Below, piece by piece: positions 35,600 to 47,364 of a stretch of DNA of 64,000 bases; position 1 is the first letter of the stretch, and each line of letters opens with the position of its first letter. This DNA comes from Daphnia carinata (Eukaryota). A model generated the notes under the pieces. It was not told where the DNA came from and made no database searches. It worked only from the letters and a program-made list of their open reading frames with translations. The position numbers and the translations under genes were made by a program. The stretch is from contig NC_081332.1 in the NCBI RefSeq assembly GCF_022539665.2, positions 7,440,001 through 7,504,000 on the forward strand, written 5' to 3'.

Positions 35600-38060
35600 G
35601 ATCAGTAGAGCGGATTAGTAGGCCTAAAACTGTACCACCACAAGGCTCTGGTGGCCGCTCTGACGCAACCATCTGATCCCGGATAGATTTGGACTCTATG
35701 GCCGATTCTCGAATACCAGGACCGATGCCTTACTTTCTTTCAAGATCAATATCTCTCATCTCAAGGTTCCGACGTTGATTTTTCCATTTTCCCGCGTGGC
35801 GAAAAATTGCACATAGACGGTTTCTAGAGGTGTTAAAATAGGTTTGACGTACGATGCAAATATCCATAGCGCTCTTGTGGTTACGTGTCGTCGTAGAATC
35901 CGGCACCTGGATAGGCGGTCGGTGCACGATTTAGGAAGGCGTTTGGAGTGAAAGGGTTTCATAGAGCAAAGTTCAAAGTGCATCCTGGCTAGGTAGACGA
36001 AAAGCTCCTTTCTCTCTTTCCAGGGCCTCCCACACTAATGAAATCTGTCCCGTTATCCGAATGAAGAACCTCCGGGATACGATACATGTTGATGAATTTG
36101 CGTAGAGACAGGAGAAAGTTCTGAGGAGAGAGCGACAGTACTAGCTACACGAATACTGCTCAGGTTACTAGACATGTATAGAGTACGATCCATCTTTTGG
36201 GTAATCTGTTACCACATTGATTGCTTTCTAACGGAACAGCATGAATGGTGCTCTGGTCGCATCGGAACTCCGGTAGATCAGCCATCAGTTGTTCGAATAA
36301 TCGGGCTCGATTACGTTTACAGATGGAGCAGTCCCAATGGATTTTCTACGCCAACTCTCTTCCGCTTGTTACCCAATAATGTTTGCGTGTTATCCGTAAG
36401 ATGAAAATCTCCCCACAAAATTGAGTTGCACATGAAACGAACGAGCAATTTTCTCTTCGAACGGATGTTTTCCAATCAAGAATCGGATACTACTGGTCGT
36501 CGGGCACACGTTCGTGCGAATCGTCCACCTAGTCTGAGCAACCTGTCGTCGCCCTGTGTCGGTAACAGGGCCAGCAGAGACGAGCTAGAATGTAGGATTT
36601 ATTTTTCCTTATGCGTCGCAATTCCTCGGAGAACACCTCGTTCTGGCATTGTTTAAGAAGATAAAGGAAGGCGGTGTCTAGTTGGTACAGCTAGGGAAGG
36701 TCCTCGTAAGTAATTTCGACTTGGGTTCAATGCCTTTGGCAGGTTGCGTTATGATTATTCTGCGCGCGAGCCGTTTTTCCTCATCTACCTTCTTCCAGAG
36801 AAGGCCAACCGGCTATTCTTGCCCAGACTGTAAAAAAATTTCGGTTCTTTCAGCCAGGACGCTGGGAAGATGATCCCTCTCTGGTGGAACAAACCCTTTC
36901 GCCGAATTCAGGGCTCCCGGAACCAAACGTCATTCGTCGGGTTGGGTGATAGTTTTGAGTTTTCCCATACGGTTCCTCGGGAAAACTTGATAATAGGCCG
37001 CCGTCGCTCGGGGCAAATTTCTGGACGGTGCTACTGTCGGTCCCGAATTTTCGAGAGAATATCCTCCCAGTTGGGAGTGACGATCCAACAGGTTTTGCGA
37101 GATGAGCGCCCAGCAAGGCCGCGTTCAATTCTAGTTCCGGAACCGAGAGGCCTTTTTTTTTAGCTAACTTGTTAGCCGCTTTGACTTATAGTACCGTTAC
37201 TCTCCGCTCGCAATTTTCAGCGGTAATAATTTCGGATGTAGACTACTGCTGGGTAGGCTTATTCTGAAACATCACAGAAGAGTTGTATGTCTTAAGAGGT
37301 GAGATACCTTTGGAAAGAGACATTGAGGGGTTGTTTGGTCACTCAATAATTTGAGAGCACTAAACCACTGTTCCCACTATATCCCATCTTCACCTATTAC
37401 TTCGTCAATCCATTTTAATCCCTGGACGCTGAGTTCCATCAGGTGAATTTTGGCCTTCACTATCAATAGAGAGGCCGCACCAAAGGAGTCATGGACACTG
37501 GCCACCAAACTAATGAGACTTACGCGGATAAAGCAGGTGTCGGAATAGCTAGCCATTGAATCCAAGGGAATCCGACCGGGGTGTTCCAGAATACTCCGAG
37601 AACTTTTTCGTCGGAATTTGGAACTAGGGAATGGGTGGGTGCTGAGAAAGGCAGTATAGTTTCTTCCCCATCACGAATTCACGAATCCATCCCTGCAGTT
37701 CGAGGTCGGTGACGAGCAGGTGATTGTAAATTGTAATGGCTTCTTTCATTGCCTCAGTGATGCCGGGGCGAAATTAAGATAGTCGTCCAGATATGTGTTG
37801 TATCGGACAGCTGTGGTGAACATTTTGTTTGCACCCGTGTGTTCCATAATCTTTCGGATTGTATGAATGGCGACGAAAGGTGAGCGGCTCGCCCCAAACG
37901 GTAGACGATCCATCCGGCAAACTTGCACCTCGGTTTTCCTTCCTTGACTCCACAAAAAGCATAAGTTGTTAGCTTCTTCACTGCTCAGCAGAACCTGCTA
38001 AACGTGGCCTCTATATCTGCCGCCCAAACAATTTTGTGCAATCGGAAGCAAGTGACAGCC
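35600..38060 (-). pseudogene. Decayed BEL/Pao pol (RT to integrase) remnant
   Basis: WAADIEATF, RLPFGASRSPF...YLDDYL, IPEVLHSDNGTDF and VNVGTLR motifs, heavily disrupted. Confidence 0.8.
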
Positions 38061-38246
38061 CAGCAGGTGCATATCCTTGATTAACGGTTTTATACATGGC
38101 GATGAGATCATCAACGGATGTGCTACTGATGGCTCAGTTGCTGCGGATGGTTGTCCAGGTGTCTTGGGTGTTCGTTACGCTATTGATGATATTACGCCAA
38201 TTACGTACTAGAGGCTATGATTTCTCTTGTGCCCTCTCGATATTCT

Positions 38247-38785
38247 TGCAATAATCAAGACCCAGTCACGTCTGACGCAACTGGGGGATTATAAGGATAG
38301 GGGTGTGAGGATACTTACATGGGGGTCATGGCTCTAGCGGAGATGTTGCGACGCAGCGTCTGATGAACGGAGGGCGGCGTCGGGAAGGACGGAGGGTGGC
38401 GTCGGAAAGCACGACGGCGGTGTCGGGAAGCACGGAGGACGGCGTCGGGAAGAGTGAGAGCAGCCTCTCGGCCAAACACTTGTAGCAGTAGATTAAAGAA
38501 CACGGTAGATGGGTGTTGGGTCAAAGTGTATTCACTCTCACAGTCAAGATTACACGACACTTGCACAAGGTATCTAATACACTCTAACACCAGGCAAGCG
38601 ACACACTCGAACGTGGCTAAAACGCTGCTACACTACTATACGACTACACGAACGGCAGGGTGGAAAGAGACTAAAAAAAGGCACAGCTCAGGCGTGGATC
38701 TTATACCACACTTTGGCTTGGTGATGCTAAAGTTAGCGCAGGTACGCTAAAGTTAGCGTGGTGACGCTAAAGTTAGCGTGGGTAC
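38247..38785 (-). repeat. Truncated 3' LTR of Gypsy-2, same family as the solo LTR at 62276-63064
   Basis: Shares TGCAATAATCAA, GTCACGTCTGACGCAACTGGGG, TACTTAC and ACTAAAAAAAGGCACAGCTCAGGCGT with the solo LTR. It is fused by deletion to the env remnant. Confidence 0.75.
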
Positions 38786-39292
38786 GCGAAAAAGGTGTTG
38801 TTATCCGTTGTGAATCTAACGCCGAGTCCGCGCTCTATCATTCTTACTTCGCATGGTTTCGATTCTTTCCAGGAGTCTTCCCATACGAGGGTCACTAGGT
38901 TGTGCTGGAGGGAGCCGCTTACTGCTCCAGGAGCATCTCCAAGTGGGGAACTGATGGTACAATTTGGACACTCCGATTGTAGCGTTACTTCTTCGAGACG
39001 GCAGTTAGTCATCTTTTCTGTGGTGGTCTGTAGCCAACTCGTCTCGAGTCTGTAGCCAACCGTTGTGGTCACTTCCCACATGCTGCATGTATGTCCAGCG
39101 AACCGTTTGACTTCTGGAAGTGAGGAGTAGATAGCGTACGCCACCGGCGTTGGTGGTGCGGGGGCCGCTTCGTTATGTACACTCCTCCTCTTCCATTTTG
39201 AGGAACCCTAGATTCACCGCGTTGTCGCAGTTGCATACGGTGACGTTGAAAGCAGCCGCGGGGATAAGGGACGAAAAGGCAAGTAAAGTCAT
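38773..39292 (-). pseudogene. env: Env-like glycoprotein remnant of Gypsy-2, homologous to 21618-23293
   Basis: MTLLAFSSLIPAAAFNVTVCNCDNAVNLGFLKMEEEEC / VAYAIYSS...FAGHTCSMW / SWLQT...NCRLEEVTL / SGSLQHNLVTLVWE. Frameshift near 39180, an internal deletion and C-terminal truncation. Confidence 0.8.
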
Positions 39293-39605
39293 CGCAAAAA
39301 TCTAGGGGTACAAGACATGACAGGATTTGAGAACACAAAACATAAAAAGAATTGCTACACTACTTAATCAAAGGGATAATGAAATAATGGGGACCCAATT
39401 GGGATTTGTACGAAGGTACACATGAAATTGGGGATGCTACATTTACTACTCTAATGCTACCGTAATTTTAATCATTCAAAAAGGGGCGGGGGTCTAAGGA
39501 TGTTTCGTGGTCGGAGGCCGGGGTGGCGTTCGGGTAAGGGGGTATGGCGGGGATGGGTAGGGTGGAAAGGTCGGGGTTTGTCGACACTGGCACTATCTCG
39601 TGGAC

Positions 39606-42600
39606 TCAGCTTTCTTCTCCGGCTCCTTCTATCGGCTGGGACCATCCGTGGAAGTCAATGAGGTCCGTTTCATCGAGGTCGATGTGTTCTTCGTTGGTTA
39701 GGGCTGGGAGTTCCAATTCGCCGGGGAGGTTAGCGACCGAGGTTTGTATGCGAGGGTCTGCGTGATCGACGGTCGATTCTTCCTTCCAGATCATGGACTC
39801 GTACAGCGGTTTTATGCGGTTCACATGTACTCGCTGGGTTAGTTTACCTGGGCATTCTTGGATTTCCACAGTCTGGTTACCGTTAACCTTTATTACCCGG
39901 TAAGGCCCCGCGAATCGTGGGATAAGCTTCTTGCTGGTGCCGGCCATCGGGGTCCTAACGTCGATGAGGACCTTGTCCCCTACTTTGAAGTCATATTCCC
40001 CGGCACGCTTATCGTACTGGGCTCGCTGCTGCTCCCTGGCTTGGGTTAGATTGTTCCTAACTAGGAGGAAGGCTTCATGAAGACGTTGCATGGTTTGACT
40101 CTTGTAATCAGAGGGCGTGATGATGTTTGTTGTTGGGGCCAGTAGGGATTGGTCGATGGGTATCGTAGGATCGCGACCATGATTGAGAAAGTACGGTGTC
40201 TCTAAGGTAGAGGAGTGAACTGAGTTTCTATAAGCGAATGCCACAGGGCCTAACATTTCTTCCCACTTCGAGAATCCTTGGTCCATGTACTTCCGTAACA
40301 TTTCTACGACCGTTTTGTTGAATCTCTCCGTGAGGCCATTAGTCTGGGGGTGGTAGGCGGTTTTTTTCAGATGCTTGATTTGTAATTTGTTACACAACGA
40401 CGAGAATAGTTCGGAGGTGAAGTTTGACCCGCGGTCGGTGATAATCTCTCTTGGGGGGCCGTGATATAAAATGATTTTGTCCATCAGGGCTTTACTCGTC
40501 GTCCGGGCGGTCTGGTCTGGTAGAGGGATGACTTCCACCCATTTTGTGAAATAGTCGGTGATGACGAGGATGTGGTTGTTCCCTTGTATAGAGTGAAGCT
40601 GGATGGGCCCTGGGAAATCCATTCCCAGTACTTCGAATGGTCTCGACGCAAGGTCTAGCGGGTTCAGAAAGGCTCGTAAACTGGATCGTCGTTGGAGGGT
40701 GCAGGATGCACAGGCCAGACAATACTCTTTGACGTCGGAAAGCATTGTCGGCCAGTAATACTTATCCCGCAGCCGTAGGACGGTTCTTTGGTAGACTAAG
40801 TGGCCGGAGATTGGGGAGTCGTGGTACTCTTGTAGCAGAGGTTTTCTCAAGCTTAAGGGGACTACCACTTGTTGTTGGGCGAAGGGTCGCCTCTTTTTGG
40901 ATGTTGGTTCGTTCCGGCGGAACAGCACGCCGCTGGAGATCGAGTATAGGTATCTTTCACCCAGATCTGAGTGTTGTTTTCTTCACTGAGGGCCCCGTCT
41001 TCTAGGTAGTTCTTGTTGTCGTTGCAGAGAGCGTCCTTTTGTTGCTCGATCAGCATGGCTTCGTCTGTTTTCGGGAAGGTTTGAACCGCGTTGACGGGGA
41101 TCCGTGATAAGAAGTCAGCGTTCTCGTGTACTCTACCAGGGCGATACTTGATGGAGTACTTGAGGTTAGCCAACATTATGGCCCACCTTCCAAGCCGGCC
41201 GGTTTCATCTTTGAAAGTTTGTAACCATTGTAATGGTCGGTGGTCGCTGATGATGACAAAGGGCTCATCTTGAAGATAGTGGCGGAAGCATTTTATCCCA
41301 AAAATTACTGCCGCAGCTTCCTTTTCGATGGTTGAGTAGTTCACTTCGGTTTTGTTCAGGTGCCGACTTGCAAAAGCGATCGGCTGATCCTTCCCTTCAT
41401 ATAATTGGGACAGGACGGCACCTATCCGTAGTCGCTGGCGTCGGTGTATATTAGGAACTCCTTCGTGAAATCTGGGTAAGCCAGGATTGGCTCCGACGTC
41501 AGACTATTCTTGAGGAACTCGAAAGCCTTCTCTTCTTCGGTGCCCCACATTATCTTGTCTTGCGGTCTTGCTTTTGTCTGAGATAGTAGTGGATCGGCAA
41601 TAGTGGAGAATCCTTCGATGAACCGGCGATAATAGGAGGCCAGCCCCAAAAAAGACTGCAACTCCTTGACGGTTTGGGGTCTACGGTAGGTAGCTAGTGC
41701 TTCTACTTTAGCTGGGTCTGGCGCTACCCTATAATTATTTTAACAAGAATTTTTCCTAGTTAGGTTTCATTTTTATTATTTGAGAATCTTCCGCTGAAAT
41801 GACGTGGCCCAATTATTGCACTGACCTCGCCAAGAATTTGCACTTTGAAAGTTTTACCCTAATGTTGGCTTTCTCCAGTAGTGCGAAAACCTTGCCTAAG
41901 TTCTCGATGTGTTCTGCGTGGGTTTTCGAAAACACGATGATGTCGTTTAGATACACAAGGCAGGTCTTTCCGATTTCTTCCTGCAGGACCAAGTTCATGA
42001 GCCTCTGGAAGGTCCCGGGGGCGTTAATGAGGCCGAATGCAAGGCGGTTCCATTCATACAGGTTGTTCTCCACGATGAAGGCGGTCTTCTCTTTTGAAGC
42101 TTCCTCCATCTCTATCTGCCAGTAGCAGGGGGCTATATCCAGGGTGGAAAAGCATTTCTGGCCGTGTAACAGGTCTAGCACGTCGTCGATTCTTGGTAAG
42201 GGGAATGAGTCTTTCTTTGTAACCGAGTTCAACTTCCGGTAGTCTATACATAGACGGTCGTCTCCTGTCTTCTTTTTCACAAGTACAATTGGAGCGGCCC
42301 AAGGAGAGAGTGACGGTCGTATGATGCCATTCTCCAGTAATTCTTCGATGATCTTCTTCGACACTTTCTTTTGACGGGGTGATGCTCGGTAAGGCCTCTG
42401 GCGGATGGGTCCTTGTCCTTGCGTGTCGATCACATGTTTTACTAACCCTGTGTTGCCTCAATCGCTGGTTTTGAATGCGAAGATGTGCTGGTTTGCCAAC
42501 AGCAGGTTGCGCAGACTGTTCTTGACGTCTTCGGCGACATCTGGCAGGGCGGCTTCGAGAACGGCATGGTGAAAGATAGGGGCTTCGGTGGAGAAAGAAG

Positions 42601-43359
42601 CCACGTAGGTACCTGGTTTGACAGTCAAGTGCCCTTGAGTGGTGTAGCGAGGCAGGTTGAGGGTGCAGTTGGTCTCGTTGATTAACACGATGCAAAACAG
42701 CCCATTTTTCAACGGTGGCGAGACGAAAGGATCCAATCGGAGTCCGGGGGGTAGACGGGAGTCTTTGACGAAGAAACAGGCATTGTCGAGAGATAGCTTG
42801 AAGTCACTATTCTCGCTCTCCACCACGCATGCAGATGATGGAGGTACTTTAATTCGATGGGCCGCCATCATAGTCGGCTGGTCTTCGGCCTGGAGTTTAT
42901 CAGACTCCTTCACACGATAGACACGCCTCTCACGACCGTCGATCATGAACTTATGTTTATAAAGAGCGTCTAAACCTAGAACGCAATCTTCCATAATCCC
43001 TTGAACGACGATGAACTCTTGCTGGAAGGGTTCACGGGGCCTCTCGTCCTCGACGAGAAGGTTTAATACTACTTTTCCCTGGCAGATCAGGGGCCTGTTG
43101 TTTATGTAAAAGAGGTCGTCGGCTGCCGCCTTTAAATGTTCCAGATCGATTCCTTGCTTTAGGAGTTTGTTGAAGAGTGTGCTGCTGACGAGACTCTTTC
43201 CTGCTCCGCTATCCACTAGTTTCCTCGGAATAAGCAGTCTCCTAAGTATAGATTAAGTCTGGGGGTGGCTGGGGTGTCGGATACGGCCTTGACGAATTGT
43301 TGGGGCTTAGGGTATCCAACGAGGCGCCCAACATGATGATCGGTGGCGTCTAGTTTTCC
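39606..43359 (-). pseudogene. pol: Gypsy-2 pol (PR-RT-RNase H-integrase), frameshifted
   Basis: DSGAG, RLCIDYRKLN, YLND (degenerate active site), YTDASDYG, H...C..C, TDRGSNF, NGLTERFN, FAGPYRV. Confidence 0.95.
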
Positions 43360-44700
43360 GCCCGCGATCGCAGAATACCCGGTCAAGCTGAGGGCGATTC
43401 TGACGTATGCGATGGTGGTGGAGGATTTTTGATCGTGTGGCAAAAACTGTGGCGATGCCCAACTTCGTTGCATCGGCTGCATTTATCGTTTCGCTGTTGA
43501 TATTTGGCGAAGCAGTTTTCCGTGTTATGATCTCAGTACGTGTTGGGATGCTAGGTGACGCATACGCAGCCTGATTGCGCACCCTTGCCTGGCCTTCTTC
43601 GACAGCCATCGCTGCCAACTCGGCTTTGTCAATTAGTGTTTCGAAGGAGTGAAACTCCTTGTGTTTTAGCCGTGGTTGAAGGTCATATTGGACGCCTGCG
43701 ATGAATCTGTCCATCATCATTTGTTCCCGTGATGCTGCAGTGGCAGCGTCTAGGGCACCTTCCATAGGACAGGCTTTGTAAAACGCCTTCCGTATACGGT
43801 TAGCGTAACGTCGCATATTTTCTTCGGGTTCTCGTCTCATGTTGTGAAATCCTACGCTCCTTTGCGACCTTGTCTCGGTCGAGAGGAAGAGTTTGAGAAG
43901 CCTTTCTTTGACTGCTGCGTAATCCTGAGAGCGAATGGGGTTGTCCAGTTTGAAATTGTCAAATTCTTCGGCGGCTTCTCCGTAGAGTTTGGACCGCATG
44001 AGGCGGAGTTTCCTCGCCTCTTCAAAATTGCCCAAGTCGAGGGTGGCCTCGAGGTGAGCCACCCAATCGTCGAAACGACCGGATCTTTGTCTGTCGCAAA
44101 AGATGGCTACCGAGCTGAACGCCTGCATGGCCTGCTCTTGCTAGGCTAACCTAATCTTGTCTTCGATGGTTATGCTGGGCGTGATTGACGATTGGGGTGG
44201 CTCTGGTTCGGTACGTACGTCGAGGGTTCTTGAACACCTCTCCAGTGCGGGTGGGATGGCCCGTCCGTCGCCTATTGGGCGTTCAGTGGAGTTGACGTTA
44301 CGATACCCTAGGGAAGGTACGTTCGTGGGGGTAGTGCGTCCTTCAGTAGGGGTTTCTTCTCCGACGCGGTCTTCGGGGATGTCAGGCTGTTGGGTGGGCG
44401 CGGACGGCTGTGGGTGTGGAGTCTTGGGTCGGGCTCCTAGGCGTTCCCACACGGCTTCGTTGGCGTGCTCCTGTATTTCTTGCAAAGTGAAGTAGTCTGT
44501 CTCTGGGTGCGTATCAGTCCTGCAGCTTGTGACGAAATCCTTTAGTTGGTCTTCAATGTATTGTTGGTCTGTAGCGGGCTGATTTTGTCCTGTTCCTCTC
44601 CTAAAGGGGGGGGGGGGTGTTTTGGCGGAAGGACTTTCCCAGCGTTTAAAGAGCGGAATCCTTTTCTCGAAGTTCGACACTCCTTTTGACATATCTTCGG
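43307..44700 (-). pseudogene. gag: Gypsy-2 gag, decayed
   Basis: FDDWVAHLE...KLYGEAAEEF...MMDRFIAGV, with an upstream Pro/Thr-rich frame at 44141-44692. Confidence 0.85.
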
Positions 44701-47364
44701 ATGTTGTAGAGGAGGGATTCGGGCAGTAGAGGGTCCTCCTGAGGTTGGCGGTTTTCCTTACCGGGTCGGCGTGAGTCAGCGTGAATCGGCGTGAATCCTT
44801 TTCCGTTCGCTAGCTCCGAGTGAGGCTTCGGGAGTCTGCGGGAGCCGGGAGTCGGCTTGAGTCTCGGCCGTCAGTGTGAGGTCTTCGTGACGTGTTGTGG
44901 GTGCGCGGGTGATGGGGACATAGGTAGGGGTAGGGTTTTTTACAAATTAAGCGACCCAAAAAAGGAAAAACAAAAAAATTCAAAAGAAGCTTCTACTTTT
45001 TCGTTTTCTCAGTTAGGCTGAGTTCGGGGCTGAACGGCAAAAACGAAGAAGAATTTTTTGGTTAATTTGTAGTTTTTCTTTTTCCCACTATAAGTTTTAC
45101 AGATTTCGATAGACCTTGTTAACATCTAACCATTCCTATAAGATTTACTATATTTTAACCTAAAACAAGGTAGCAATGAATTTTTAAGAGTTTTGCTGAA
45201 ATTTGGATGAAGGGGAAACGTAAGTATCTGGCTACCAATGACGTCATTAAGAAGCTTTTTAAAAACATCTTTCTAAGCATTTTCCGTGAATTACATAGGT
45301 TCTTTTCAAGTTTTCTTTGGTCGTTGAACTGTTAAGTCATTGTCTTCTACGAAGATGCCTTCAAACATATATGAACATACACTGACTTCCTTCCTTTTAA
45401 TACCAAATGTTTAACTCACCTAAAGACCAAAACACCATTAAAATGATAAACTTTGTAACTCATGTATTCCAGCAGTAGTTTCTATATACTACTTAAAACA
45501 TGAAAGGGAAGCAACAGCGTCTTCCTCTGTGTCTGGAATATTTGAATTTTTATATTTTCCTGAAATCAAATGATGAAGAAACAAATTTAAAAAATACCAC
45601 AAACATGCAACCGAAACACATGTATGACCATATACAATAAATATTAAAATCTTCTACTTAAGTAGCTTGCAGCTGTCACCTAAATGTAGAAACGTCACAA
45701 AAACATCACTAAAATGTCATTCAAGCAGACGAATTTCAGATGTTCTACAGACAATTTCGTCCAAGAAGAATAAGGGCTTCGGTTAGAAGAGGTTTCGAAA
45801 AACCTGTGGCCTAAGCCAACTGTCTGGCTCAATGCAAGAGCCAAACAGTTGGCCTAGGTGACGGAGACCAAGTTGAAATTGCCAAATACAGCCCTTGAAA
45901 TTTCCTATTTTGATAAATATCGTCTGCTGGTTGGCTTGTATATACCGTCTGCATAACATTTTTTTATTTTTTTACAACGTTGTCAACTTTACGTTGCTTG
46001 AACTAATGAATTAGTAAAATTCAATTATTTTCATTAATAACAATAGGGTATATGTTTTAACATGCAATAAATGCTACTATAAAAAATTGATTTTCATATT
46101 GGCAACCGTTTCCTATTTTAGTGACTTATTATGAAGCTAGTTTGGAAAAATGACGAAAAATCATTAAATAATATTTAGTTGCTCCAAGAATTTCTAAAAT
46201 ACCTCAAAAAATGTAGAATAAAGATACTTATATTCTAGCAAAAATTCCATGGATATGTGTGTAATATATGTGTCCCCGATTCTGAGATATCTTCATTTTA
46301 GTTTCATTATAAAAACGGGAGCTTCCTTATGGGAAAAAGCACGTTTCAATCGTCCAGACGTCCTGTTTCAATTTCCCAGAAGGATTGGCAATTGTAACAT
46401 CTCGAGATACCTCCAGTTTTTTACGTATTATAGATGTTCACCTGTGCCGAACCCCCCCCCCACCCCCCCCAAAAAAAAAATTATTGTTATGTATCTGAGA
46501 TAACTGGATACAAATATATACATTTTTTTAGCTTAGTTGAACGATTTTTGTAATCGTAGGGAACAGAAACTAGTTTTTTTTTCCAACAACGCTGTACCTC
46601 TCCTACGGTATGTTAAAACCCATATAAAAAAGACAGGCCCCAATCCACGTTTCAAGCCAGATTTTTATAAGGCTTACTCGGGCTTACTTCTTGCGATTGA
46701 TCTGCACCATGCCGAGACTGGATGCACTACAATGCAAAACAGTATACTTTACCAGTCCGGTATCCGTTTGGTGCAGATCAATTGAAAACGGTACGGCAAT
46801 CAGATCTATGACTACTATTTATTTAAAAATTTCTGCGGTATGGCAATGCTTATTACATGACTCCTTTTATCCTTATGAAAACAATTTTTCATGTTTCTCC
46901 AAAGAAAAGCTTGGATTGTTGTTGTGCTTTTTCTGTTTTTGCCTCCCAAAGTGAAGAATTATAATGTGTTTCACAAGACTTGAACAACAGTCAAATTTGT
47001 GGGTAGAAATCAAGGATGAAATTGGGTAATCGGGGTGAAAGTGGTGTAACCAGGTATTGAAATCGGATATTGGAACCGGTTTAGTTCTCCTTACCCCTGA
47101 TTTTTCAGGCTGGTCGCGAGGCAATATGTACTAAGTAGTACATAATCGCGCCTACAGTTTTCTTTATGAGCAAAGTGTTTGGAGTCGCCACTAGGGGTTT
47201 GATTTAGTTTAGTTTAGTGGTTAAGCCGTTAAAGTTAAACCGGTTAAACAACTATGCGTGTGGCGCATGTCAATTGTTTGTTGTTGGTACTGTTGTCTGC
47301 TTCCTTCTTTCCCGGCGGAAATTTAAAAAAAAAACCTTAAATGTAAACCAAATAAATATTGGAA

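Noticed and set aside
38312..38332. LTR ATG plus splice donor as the first exon of env-2
   Set aside because: The donor is phase 2, but the visible acceptor before env-2 needs phase 0, so they are not in frame as seen.
38721..38780. CRISPR-like palindromic repeats
   Set aside because: Contiguous 20-bp tandem units with no unique spacers, no cas genes, and a eukaryotic LTR context.
45060..47200. AT-rich block resembling DNA-transposon subterminal sequence
   Set aside because: No TIR pair, TSD or transposase motif was identified.
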